Below, one piece after another: positions 55,924 to 64,000 of a stretch of 64,000 bases of DNA (its first letter is position 1; the number at the start of each line of letters is the position of its first letter). Below the pieces are notes generated by a model. That model was not told where the DNA came from and ran no database searches. It was given only the letters and a program-made list of their open reading frames with translations. Both the position numbers and the translations under genes were made by a program. Location: NCBI GenBank assembly GCA_963793425.1, contig CAWCAG010000005.1:352001-416000 (forward strand), in the 5' to 3' direction. The DNA is from an uncultured cyanobacterium (GTDB lineage Bacteria; Cyanobacteriota; Cyanobacteriia; Cyanobacteriales; CAWCAG01).

Positions 55924-56926
55924 AAGAAAAGAATCTCAAATTAATTTAAAACTGACTTACTAATGGGAATGATGTGGAAGAAAGAAACACTTCGTCTGCA
56001 CTTCGTTGACATGGTGAAGACTTAACTTGGCAAAAGCGAACGAAATAAAAGACATATTGCTCCTTTCACAGGATGCCGTGTAGTTATGAGAACACACGCA
56101 GCAGTAGCTAGTCCTACACCCCAGGCAACTAAATTCCCCCACTTCTGCGCTCTCTTCTTTAAGCACTCTAGAAACGCTTCAACTTGCTCTTTTGTAGCTA
56201 TGAAATAAAAGATTTCTCCCTTAGCTTTCATTCTTTAACCAATCAAGTACCTTTGGCTATCACTCAGGAGTTCGACATTTTTGTTTCGCCAAAGACTTTT
56301 TTCCTCTATGTTTTCTGTCAAATCTTGTTTGTTATCTTGCTCACAATTAGTACATTTTACATGTGCTGAATCCCCGATTGTTTCAGATTTAATAGGAAGA
56401 TTCGCATTCTTTATTCTTCTTGTGTCTTACTCTTAACGATCTCGCCTTGTGGGAAATGAGATAGAAGGCTTGTAATCCTCACCCATTTTCCTTTACAAAG
56501 TTTCTAGTGTCCTTGGTAAACCACTCTTTCCTCCCGATGACATAATTTGGGGACTTTCTTCCCATCTGATGTAGGAGAAGGTTTTTTTGCTTTATCCTGG
56601 AAAAATCAAAGTAGATGCTGTTTTTTTTTCTTTAGGAGCATGCATGATTTTTAAGACTGTAAAAAGCTCTGTTGGAGAGAAGCAATAGAAGCTAGTTGAG
56701 AAACTTAAGTCTTGCGCTTTTCTTTTACGAAAAAATCTTAAAGAAATTTGTAACTTCGATAGCATGATATGTCTGAAATGCTAATCAAACCGGGAGAAAT
56801 ATCCTCCGTAATTCCACCAGAAAATCATGAATTCCTCCCACTCAGCTTCTTGTTACCTCATCCAAACAAATAACTGCAAGGAAAAGCTTTTTTCTCTCCG
56901 TTAAGAGTTTGTTATTATTGCGTAGG

Positions 56927-57065
56927 CAAAGCCCACCGTGGTATCACTATGCCTGCCCAACATCATGCCCAAGATATCTTCGGGCAATTGAAAGCGATCG
57001 CCATATAGCGATCGCAATAAATACAGGTTATTCCGCGATTGTTGCTCCTAGAGGTAATACCCTGT
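56927..57065 (+). pseudogene. Degenerate duplicate of the lnt 3' region (54128-54267)
   Basis: actatgcctgcccaaca...attgaaagcgatcgc...aaatacaggttattcc...cctagaggtaataccctgt shared with lnt. Confidence 0.85.
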
Positions 57066-57084
57066 AGTATCTTATTGGTTATTA

Positions 57085-57177
57085 CTAAATTAATTTAATG
57101 GCACGGAAGGTGAGATAAGATCCCATTGCTACGGCGGTTAGGGCGATCATAATACCGAAGAAAGTAACTATTGCCAT
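57085..57177 (-). CDS. petL: Cytochrome b6f subunit VI (not in ORF track)
   Basis: 30 aa MAIVTFFGIMIALTAVAMGSYLTFRAIKLI, single TM with R.IKLI end; AGGA RBS upstream. Confidence 0.8.
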   Translation of the reverse strand: MAIVTFFGIMIALTAVAMGSYLTFRAIKLI

Positions 57178-57558
57178 TGATTTTTATCCTTTAGATTCTA
57201 TAAAGATTAAAAATATTTTACTATGAAAAGCATTTTGGCACTTCTAGGATCTTTAAATTGCCTCATTTTCGATTCTGGCAGTTGTCTATGAGCCAACCAA
57301 AGAGCGAGCTTATAAAAAAGGGAGCGATCGCGCGATGGCAAGGGTGGCAAATAATTATTGCCATTGATTTTTATCCTTTAAATTCTGCAAAGTTTGAGAA
57401 GTATTTTGCTCTGTCTAAATGATGATGGCTTCTTTGCAATAATTTAGCAATTAGCAACTACCAAATTCACAATCATTCGCAATAAAAGCTCATAGTTGCA
57501 AATATATCTACTTCAAGACTATTATTGTCAATAAGTAGAGTTTTGATGAGAAAACATT

Positions 57559-58083
57559 ATGCCTCCATATACAGCTTCCTCTCTCAAAGCAGAATTAAAT
57601 TCTCGCGGTTGGCGGATGACACCGCAACGGGAAAAAATACTGCACTTATTCCAAAATCTCCCTAGAGGCAATCACTTAAGCGCTGAAGAAGTTTTCGATC
57701 TTCTCGACCAAAAAGGTGAACCAATCAGCCTCTCAACTATTTATCGCAGCGTTAAATTAATGGCTCGTATGGGTATTTTACGAGAATTAGAATTAGCCGA
57801 AGGACATAAACATTATGAATTAAATCAACCCTATCCTCACCATCACCATCATATGGTTTGCATCCAATGCAACAAAACTACAGAATTCAAGAACGATTCT
57901 ATCCTGAAGCAAAGTCTTAAACAGTCACAAAGAGATGGCTTACAGCTAATTGATTGTCAATTAACAGTAATGACTATTTGTCCAGAAGCTTTGCGTATGG
58001 GCTGGCCTTCTGGATTGCCTAGTAGCTGGTCTTGTTCCCGTGCTATTTCTGAAAGCGCCCCTCCAGATTCTGAAGCTGAATAA
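57559..58083 (+). CDS. fur: Ferric uptake regulator
   Basis: SLKAELN.RGWR.TPQR, HLSAEE, HHHHH.VC.QC, Synechocystis-type RMGWPS.LPS.W.C tail. Confidence 0.92.
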   Translation: MPPYTASSLKAELNSRGWRMTPQREKILHLFQNLPRGNHLSAEEVFDLLDQKGEPISLSTIYRSVKLMARMGILRELELAEGHKHYELNQPYPHHHHHMVCIQCNKTTEFKNDSILKQSLKQSQRDGLQLIDCQLTVMTICPEALRMGWPSGLPSSWSCSRAISESAPPDSEAE

Positions 58084-58098
58084 GGGCAACTGTAAAAG

Positions 58099-58548
58099 CT
58101 ACTGAGGCTTGGCAGATATGGCTAACTGGTAACCCAAGGCTTTTTTTTGCATGGTGCGGAAGATGTTGTAAAAACCATTGGCACGAGAAGGAGTCAGACT
58201 TACCTTTAAGCCTGTTTCTTCAATGAAATCTGGAGTAACTTTGACAATTTCTTCAGGGGGTAAGCCGTTTAGTCCTTGGATTAATAAAGCAACTAAACCT
58301 TTGACTAACTGAGCATCAGAATCTCCTTGATACAAGACTCTACCATCTTCTAAGTTGGCGGTAATATAAACTTGGGAGACGCAGCCTGAGACTTTATTTT
58401 CAGGAGTTTTATCCTCTTGAGGCATCTCTTCGAGCTTTTTAGCATACCAGAGAAGTTGTTCGTAACGTTGTTTAGGGTTAGCCCGTTTTTTGAAACGTTG
58501 TACAATACGGTCTAAGTTTGCGGGTAAAGATGTTTGAGGCGATGACAT
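58099..58548 (-). CDS. sufE: Fe-S assembly sulfur acceptor SufE
   Basis: VSGCVSQV, DSDAQLVKGL, LTPSRANG. Confidence 0.92.
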   Translation of the reverse strand: MSSPQTSLPANLDRIVQRFKKRANPKQRYEQLLWYAKKLEEMPQEDKTPENKVSGCVSQVYITANLEDGRVLYQGDSDAQLVKGLVALLIQGLNGLPPEEIVKVTPDFIEETGLKVSLTPSRANGFYNIFRTMQKKALGYQLAISAKPQ

Positions 58549-58746
58549 AGTTTTACAAATTTACATTAAGAATAATCAATTTAGATCCTAACAAGAGTTG
58601 TTCAAGCTTGACAGTTAATTTGGGAAGGCAAAAGGTCTATCTCGCTTGGTTTGAGGAAAAAATAACAGTTAATAGCAACTCTTATCAATAACTTATCAAA
58701 ATATAGAACAGCAAAGTATGTAACTAACTGATGGATGTTCAATAAT

Positions 58747-59814
58747 TCAATCATCCATCTGCCAGGGTTCTGTAATAATGTTCTCATCAATAATCCTTTT
58801 CGGTCGCAAAACCAAGACTACTTGCCCCAAAATGTTTGAATCAGGAGCAGTTTCCGACCATTGCAATTTAACCTGCCCTTCTTTTTCTAAAGCAAAATAA
58901 CTATTAATATCCCATTGGGTATTTTCCCGATCTACCACCACTAAAACTTGTTCGGGTTTGTTGGGTAGCGATTGTGGTAAATCATCGCTATTACAGAAAA
59001 ACCCTATAGGATCAGCAGCTTTCAAAACTACCTGCCAACCAGGAATAGGAACCAAAGTACTTTTACCAGCAGGTTGTACTACTCGGAAAGGTTCAGTTTG
59101 TTTTAGTTGGGGGACAGCTTGTAAATCTTCTACAGTTATGGGCATCACTCCTACTACAGGAATAATGCGAGGTAACTCTTCTTCCGACTCTAAACGATAA
59201 ATGGGCAATACAGGAGCAGAACGAGTAGGAACAACGGTAAAATCGCTTAATAACCTTTCAATTTGCTCCCTTGCACCTTGGGTATGGGCAAACTTCAAAC
59301 CTTGAGCAATTAAGCGAGAACGATCTTGAAGATCCCTTTTTTGTCTGGCTCGTTTCCAACATTGATAGGCGACTGCATCTCCGGGATGACGAGAAAAGCC
59401 TTCTGGTAGTTGGAATCGGAGGGAAAATTCTTTAACAGCTTTAGCGGCATATCTCGCTTCATCAAAATCCAACCTCTTATCCCTAGCTAATTCCGCCACG
59501 GCGCTACGTTGTTCTTGGTTAAGGATGCGTAACTCATAAAGGATATCGCTGTGAGGCCCCTTCAGATATGACTTCAACTCTTCTGAAGCTCCCCCTGCCA
59601 CGACGCTATCATAAACTTGAGCAGCTACGATAATCGTATTCTGCTGACTGCCTTGGAAACCTGTCTCTTCAAAAATATTTTGGGAATTATAACCTCCTTG
59701 CTGTAACTTCTGACAGGCTTTTCCCCAATCAACCCAATTACCTTCTTTTTGCAATAGCGATCGCATTAATTGTTGAGCTTCTTGTTCAGAAAGTTGAGAA
59801 TGAGGTTGGTTCAT
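58747..59814 (-). CDS. raf1: RuBisCO accumulation factor 1
   Basis: KEGNWVDWG..C, IFEETGF, HPGDA.AY, LVLRP, WQMDD tail. Confidence 0.9.
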   Translation of the reverse strand: MNQPHSQLSEQEAQQLMRSLLQKEGNWVDWGKACQKLQQGGYNSQNIFEETGFQGSQQNTIIVAAQVYDSVVAGGASEELKSYLKGPHSDILYELRILNQEQRSAVAELARDKRLDFDEARYAAKAVKEFSLRFQLPEGFSRHPGDAVAYQCWKRARQKRDLQDRSRLIAQGLKFAHTQGAREQIERLLSDFTVVPTRSAPVLPIYRLESEEELPRIIPVVGVMPITVEDLQAVPQLKQTEPFRVVQPAGKSTLVPIPGWQVVLKAADPIGFFCNSDDLPQSLPNKPEQVLVVVDRENTQWDINSYFALEKEGQVKLQWSETAPDSNILGQVVLVLRPKRIIDENIITEPWQMDD

Positions 59815-59946
59815 AAAAGTCAAATATCAAAAGTAACAATAACGGCTAAAAGCATCCTTCCTCAAGATTCGAGATACACTAGAAGAAGTGTCAGAGAGCA
59901 AGATATTGGCATAAATCCTCTCTATAATAAATTAAGGTTATCCTAA

Positions 59947-60795
59947 ATGGTCAGTGCAGGAATACAGAAATTAGCGAAAAGACCAATGCCTAAAGAACAG
60001 ATGAGGCAGAAACGAAAAGTGCAAGATGGCGCACTAGGTCTGGTATCGACTCGAAGTTTTCCTGCCATTGTGGGTACGGCTGATATGATGCTTAAATCAG
60101 CAGAAGTTTCCTTAGTGGGTTATGAGAAAATTGGTAGCGGTTATTGTACTGCTATTGTGCGTGGCAAAACTGCTGATGTGCGCTTAGCTGTAGAAGAAGG
60201 GGCGAAAACAGCAGCAAAGTTTGGGCAGTTGATTTCGCAAATCGTCATACCAAGACCGATGCCTAATTTAGAAGTCATTTTTCCGATCCATTCCTATTTA
60301 CTAGAAATTGCCCGACAGCAAGGTCATAGTAAATTGAGTAACCAAGCCCTAGGTTTGCTGGAAACAAGAGGCTTCCCTGCCCTGGTGGGTGCTGCTGACG
60401 CGATGCTAAAGGCCGCAGATGTCCAGCTAGCAGCTTATGAAACCATCGGTGATGGCTTGTGTACAGCGATTATTAGGGGTTCTGTTTCTAATGTGGCGAT
60501 CGCAGTGGATGCAGGAATGTCTGAAGCAGAACGCATCGGCGAACTTAGTTCTGTTATGGTTATCCCCAGACCCTTAGAAGAATTGGAACATACCCTACCT
60601 GTAGCCAGTTGTTGGCTAGAGAAAGAAGATCCTTTACCTTCTTTGTTACATAGGGTTAAAGAAGAAGAGAAAGAGTTAGTTGAACTTCCTGCTTTAGAAG
60701 AGTTATCTATTGCTGAGAAAATTGCTATTCCTAGGGAAGCTGAGGAAGAAACAATTGCTATTCCTAGGGAAAGAGAAATGGATCAAGGGGAATAG
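59947..60795 (+). CDS. ccmO: Tandem-BMC carboxysome shell protein
   Basis: Two BMC domains (STRSFPAIVGTADMMLKSA; ETRGFPALVGAADAMLKAA). Confidence 0.88.
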   Translation: MVSAGIQKLAKRPMPKEQMRQKRKVQDGALGLVSTRSFPAIVGTADMMLKSAEVSLVGYEKIGSGYCTAIVRGKTADVRLAVEEGAKTAAKFGQLISQIVIPRPMPNLEVIFPIHSYLLEIARQQGHSKLSNQALGLLETRGFPALVGAADAMLKAADVQLAAYETIGDGLCTAIIRGSVSNVAIAVDAGMSEAERIGELSSVMVIPRPLEELEHTLPVASCWLEKEDPLPSLLHRVKEEEKELVELPALEELSIAEKIAIPREAEEETIAIPREREMDQGE

Positions 60796-60922
60796 AAGTC
60801 CATAAATAAACAGCTAATCGTTGCATCTAGTTGTCAACATCTCTGCTTCCAATTTTCACATTCAAGTTGTTCAGTAGCAACTCTATAAGCTACCCGATCT
60901 GCAAGTTTGGTATTACTTGGTA

Positions 60923-62794
60923 TTACTTCATCTTCTCATTGGCAACATCCCACTCCGGCCCGTTTATAGTTTGCTGTAACTGCCACTTTGGGTAGCCAGG
61001 AATAGTGAGAGAAAGAATGCCGCTTTTTAATTGTTCTTGTACATAAGGACTATCTAAAACGGGTAAATTTTCTAGGACTCGTTCCTTGCCATTAATTTTC
61101 CCTTTACCAATCCCCCCTTCTTGGTTATAAATCAAAGATAGGCGATCGCTTTGAAGACTGGTATAAGTTAGCTTACCTAAATCATCCCAAGTACTATCCT
61201 CGATTTTGGTTTTATCCAAAGCTTTTTTTAAATCAGAGATATCACGATAATCAGCTACCCTAGCCACTTCAGTAATCCAAGCTGTCTGATTTCCTTCGGC
61301 TACTAGGGCTTGATAATCTTGGTACTTTTCTCCTAAGTTAGTGAGAGAAAAAACTGTTTCTCCCCAAGGGCGGGCGCAAAGCCAAGTATTTTCTATCTTC
61401 CAAATATACCAATCTCCGTAGCGTTGAGCCTTGCCGTAACGAAGGGGTAAAACTAATTGAGAGCGGTTAGGGACTCCTGCGGCTTTATCCTGGGGATTTA
61501 ACCACAATTGGTAGATAGTACTTCCTTTCTCCTGTAAGTATTGATCTCCGGGGCTACTGCCTTTTGCTAAGGGGCTAAAATAGGTTCCCCCCAAACTAAC
61601 CACAGCATTATCTATCCCATCAGGATCACGGATAACTAATTTGTAGGTGGCATACTGGGCATTAATTGTACCTTCTTTCCCATAAGAACGTTGAGGGTTG
61701 AGTAAAGTACCTAAACTATAATCCTGGGTGAGATAAAAGGTTTCTTGAAAAAAGTTGTCTTCGTGGTAACTATAATAACTCGGATGGCTAGCTGTTAAAG
61801 AAAATGGTAACGGGACTTCTTTACGGGCTAATTTGCTTAATTGTAAGGGAGGGCGATAATCGCTTAAAGCCGCAAAAAGAGCAACTCTAGCATATTTATC
61901 CTTCATGCTCTGAGCAACTTCTACCTCATTCCCCCACCAAACCCAAGCTAAAGCACTTAACTCGCTTTCATCCCAAGTTCCCCGATCAAAACCTCGACTT
62001 TCTGCCCCCCCTGCGGTTCCCCAACTGAGGCGCAAAGCGGTATTGGTGGCATACCAATCTAAAGTTGCTTTAGCTAGTTGTTTAAGTTCAGGAGTTTTCG
62101 CAAAATCATAGAGGTTAAGCAAACCACCAATGGAGTAACCATAATAGGTAGAAGAATGAAACTCTCCTTGCCCAATAGTGAGAAATTTATTCAACTCCGC
62201 CCGTAACCAAGCTTCATTGGTAACAGCTACGGCTGGATGTTGGTTAGTCCAACCGCTACCATCCATTAAAGCTAAACCAGAAATCCTTTGCATAAACATA
62301 TGATTTTCCGTTCCCTGTTCATTCCACTCTTTGATGCGAGGAGGGGATAACATACTTTGGTAAGCAGCTTTGATAGCTTCAGGCATGGTATCTCGAAACA
62401 AAAAGAAGATCCGAATATCGTAGGGACTACGAAAATGATATAAGTCTGGTTGTCCTTCTTCTAATTGCCGAAGAATCGGCCAAATTTCTTCGGGGTTATA
62501 CTTTTTCTCTAAACTGAGGCGGGCTAATATTACCGGAAGCAAGTATTTATGGGGTTCTTTTATATCTCTAGTTTGCCACCATTCATTTAATTCTTGTAAA
62601 TCCTCTGCGGCTACTTGTTCAATTACAGCTAAACTACGTTGTTGTATACCTGTTTCTTGTCCTTTTTTTGTAGATTCTATTTGCTGCTTGATAGGAGTAG
62701 TGACAGGATTATTTTGAGGCGTTTTTTCTTTAGCAGCACAACTTACTAGAGACAAAAAAGTAATGCAGAAAATGATTAAGGATTTATGCTTCAT
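60923..62794 (-). CDS. Hypothetical lipoprotein
   Basis: Lipobox LVSC; GTENH and GEFHSSTYY motifs. Confidence 0.75.
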   Translation of the reverse strand: MKHKSLIIFCITFLSLVSCAAKEKTPQNNPVTTPIKQQIESTKKGQETGIQQRSLAVIEQVAAEDLQELNEWWQTRDIKEPHKYLLPVILARLSLEKKYNPEEIWPILRQLEEGQPDLYHFRSPYDIRIFFLFRDTMPEAIKAAYQSMLSPPRIKEWNEQGTENHMFMQRISGLALMDGSGWTNQHPAVAVTNEAWLRAELNKFLTIGQGEFHSSTYYGYSIGGLLNLYDFAKTPELKQLAKATLDWYATNTALRLSWGTAGGAESRGFDRGTWDESELSALAWVWWGNEVEVAQSMKDKYARVALFAALSDYRPPLQLSKLARKEVPLPFSLTASHPSYYSYHEDNFFQETFYLTQDYSLGTLLNPQRSYGKEGTINAQYATYKLVIRDPDGIDNAVVSLGGTYFSPLAKGSSPGDQYLQEKGSTIYQLWLNPQDKAAGVPNRSQLVLPLRYGKAQRYGDWYIWKIENTWLCARPWGETVFSLTNLGEKYQDYQALVAEGNQTAWITEVARVADYRDISDLKKALDKTKIEDSTWDDLGKLTYTSLQSDRLSLIYNQEGGIGKGKINGKERVLENLPVLDSPYVQEQLKSGILSLTIPGYPKWQLQQTINGPEWDVANEKMK

Positions 62795-63198
62795 CAGTTT
62801 GTTTATCTCCTCTCTTAAACCACCAAAGTTAGCAGTATTAAACTTTGTAGTAGAAGGTTAGAGTTAGTAACCTTCTACAAGTTTATGAAAACAAGAAGGT
62901 ATTAACCACTCTCAAGAAGAATTTTCCTTTTTGCATAGAACTCCTGGGGAGTCACAATTAAGTTGCAAGAGCCATAAAGTAGGATAATTTTTCTCTCTCT
63001 TTCTTCTAGCGAACGTTGTTTTTTTTTTGGCATAATTTATTTAGCTCAAACGAGTTTTACCCGTGCAGTTAAGGTTGGAAGCCCTGCACGGGTTTTGTTT
63101 TTCGAGCATAACACAAAATAGTACTGTACCCAACAGTATCAAAAAAGATGATACAGAACTAGCTTATATTTACAGTATGTTTAGTTATATAGGCTGCC

Positions 63199-63399
63199 GT
63201 GGCACAGAAAAGAGAAGGGCAAGAAATAGTAGTCTTCTATGCTCCTGAAGGATTAAAGGAGAAGTACAAGAGAGTATGTTCAATCAAGGGAACTTCTATG
63301 ACTGGAGATTTAGTAGCTTATATGGAAAAACAGATTGAGCAAAATGAAGAGCTAGTGGATATAGTTGAGAGAAGATTAAATGAAGATAAGAACTCTTAG
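63199..63399 (+). CDS. Small ribbon-helix-helix (CopG/ParG-like) DNA-binding protein
   Basis: VVFYAPEGLKEKYKRVC...GTSMTG.L..YM strand-helix-helix pattern. Confidence 0.55.
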   Translation: MAQKREGQEIVVFYAPEGLKEKYKRVCSIKGTSMTGDLVAYMEKQIEQNEELVDIVERRLNEDKNS

Positions 63400-63446
63400 A
63401 AGCTAGACAAATTGGCAGAATGAGCTTTTCACAAAAAGGGCTTAAT

Positions 63447-63818
63447 TCAATAATAAATCGCAAGTTCTACTTCAAATTCAGTTTGAGAAAATGATTCAAT
63501 AACGTAACCCTCAGAATCACGTCGAACAATAGGTTTACTTTCAGTAATTGATTGTCTTGGTTTACCAATTACGATAAGATCTGATCTGGCAATCATCTCC
63601 TCCAAATCTTCTGGTAGAATAGCATCTCCTAGTGTTCTTCTAACTTCCAAGCCCTCGATAATTTCAATACCGGCAACTGGTTCTTCGGAAATTTCAGTAC
63701 TAGCAACTGATTTTTCAGGACTCTGTGCTGTAGAATTATTTGTATTGTTGACAATGACTAGACCCGCAACAGATACCGCGATCACTGCAATAGTTGTTAA
63801 ATAAATTCTCTTTTTCAT
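63447..63818 (-). CDS. Secreted hypothetical protein, possibly truncated
   Basis: MKKRIYL.. signal peptide; LEEMIARSDLIVIG; TGATG coupling to upstream protease gene. Confidence 0.6.
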   Translation of the reverse strand: MKKRIYLTTIAVIAVSVAGLVIVNNTNNSTAQSPEKSVASTEISEEPVAGIEIIEGLEVRRTLGDAILPEDLEEMIARSDLIVIGKPRQSITESKPIVRRDSEGYVIESFSQTEFEVELAIYY

Positions 63819-64000
63819 CAGTTCCCCCATTTGGCTTGCAAATTCGCTCTATCGTATGCCTGTACACCAAAATTAGATCGCCCTTGCCTCATGACCGCCG
63901 CAGCAGAGCCACCAATAACATGAGCAAGGGACAAACTATGTCCAAACTCATGTATGAATGTTTTTATACGTTGAGTACTAGTGTAATTATATGATGCCAT
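63818..64000 (-). CDS. Metzincin/matrixin-like metalloprotease, C-terminal part (starts beyond window)
   Basis: HEFGHSLSLAH zinc motif followed by AVM Met-turn. Confidence 0.75.
   Translation of the reverse strand: MASYNYTSTQRIKTFIHEFGHSLSLAHVIGGSAAAVMRQGRSNFGVQAYDRANLQAKWGN

Noticed and set aside
55960..56640. Short ORFs in the decayed island
   Set aside because: No recognisable motifs; cannot support a product call
56920..56947. Second HIP1-inserted mini-element (gcgtaggcaaagcccaccgtggtatcac)
   Set aside because: Partly explained by homology to lnt (caacgcccac...actatg), and the HIP1 right half is imperfect

Overview
Cyanobacterial chromosome segment: HIP1 octamer GCGATCGC is frequent, heptamer tandem repeats are common, and ccmO, raf1 and petL are present. 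The left end carries a FAD-oxidoreductase / patX-like RGSGR peptide / hetR locus with a DIF1-type TCCGGA promoter. A putative Zur-regulated cluster follows (CobW-like protein, two atypical metallophosphoesterases, pyrC, flavoprotein), interrupted by repeat-flanked cassettes (an unknown gene and a Phd/ParE toxin-antitoxin pair). Next come an internally deleted homolog of the eukaryotic lariat-debranching enzyme Dbr1, rnhA, ktrBA, and a PstS-like lipoprotein pair plus three hybrid histidine kinases, two of which have lost their His box. Housekeeping genes include corA, hemE, ndhR, plsY, hmpF with a pilGHIJ-type taxis operon, mlaE, htpG, lnt, fur, sufE, raf1 and ccmO. A structured non-coding element precedes htpG, and a decayed island flanked by duplicated lnt 3' ends lies before an unannotated petL. 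No rRNA, tRNA, CRISPR array or intact transposase was seen. Family calls rest on recognised motifs; no database searches were run.
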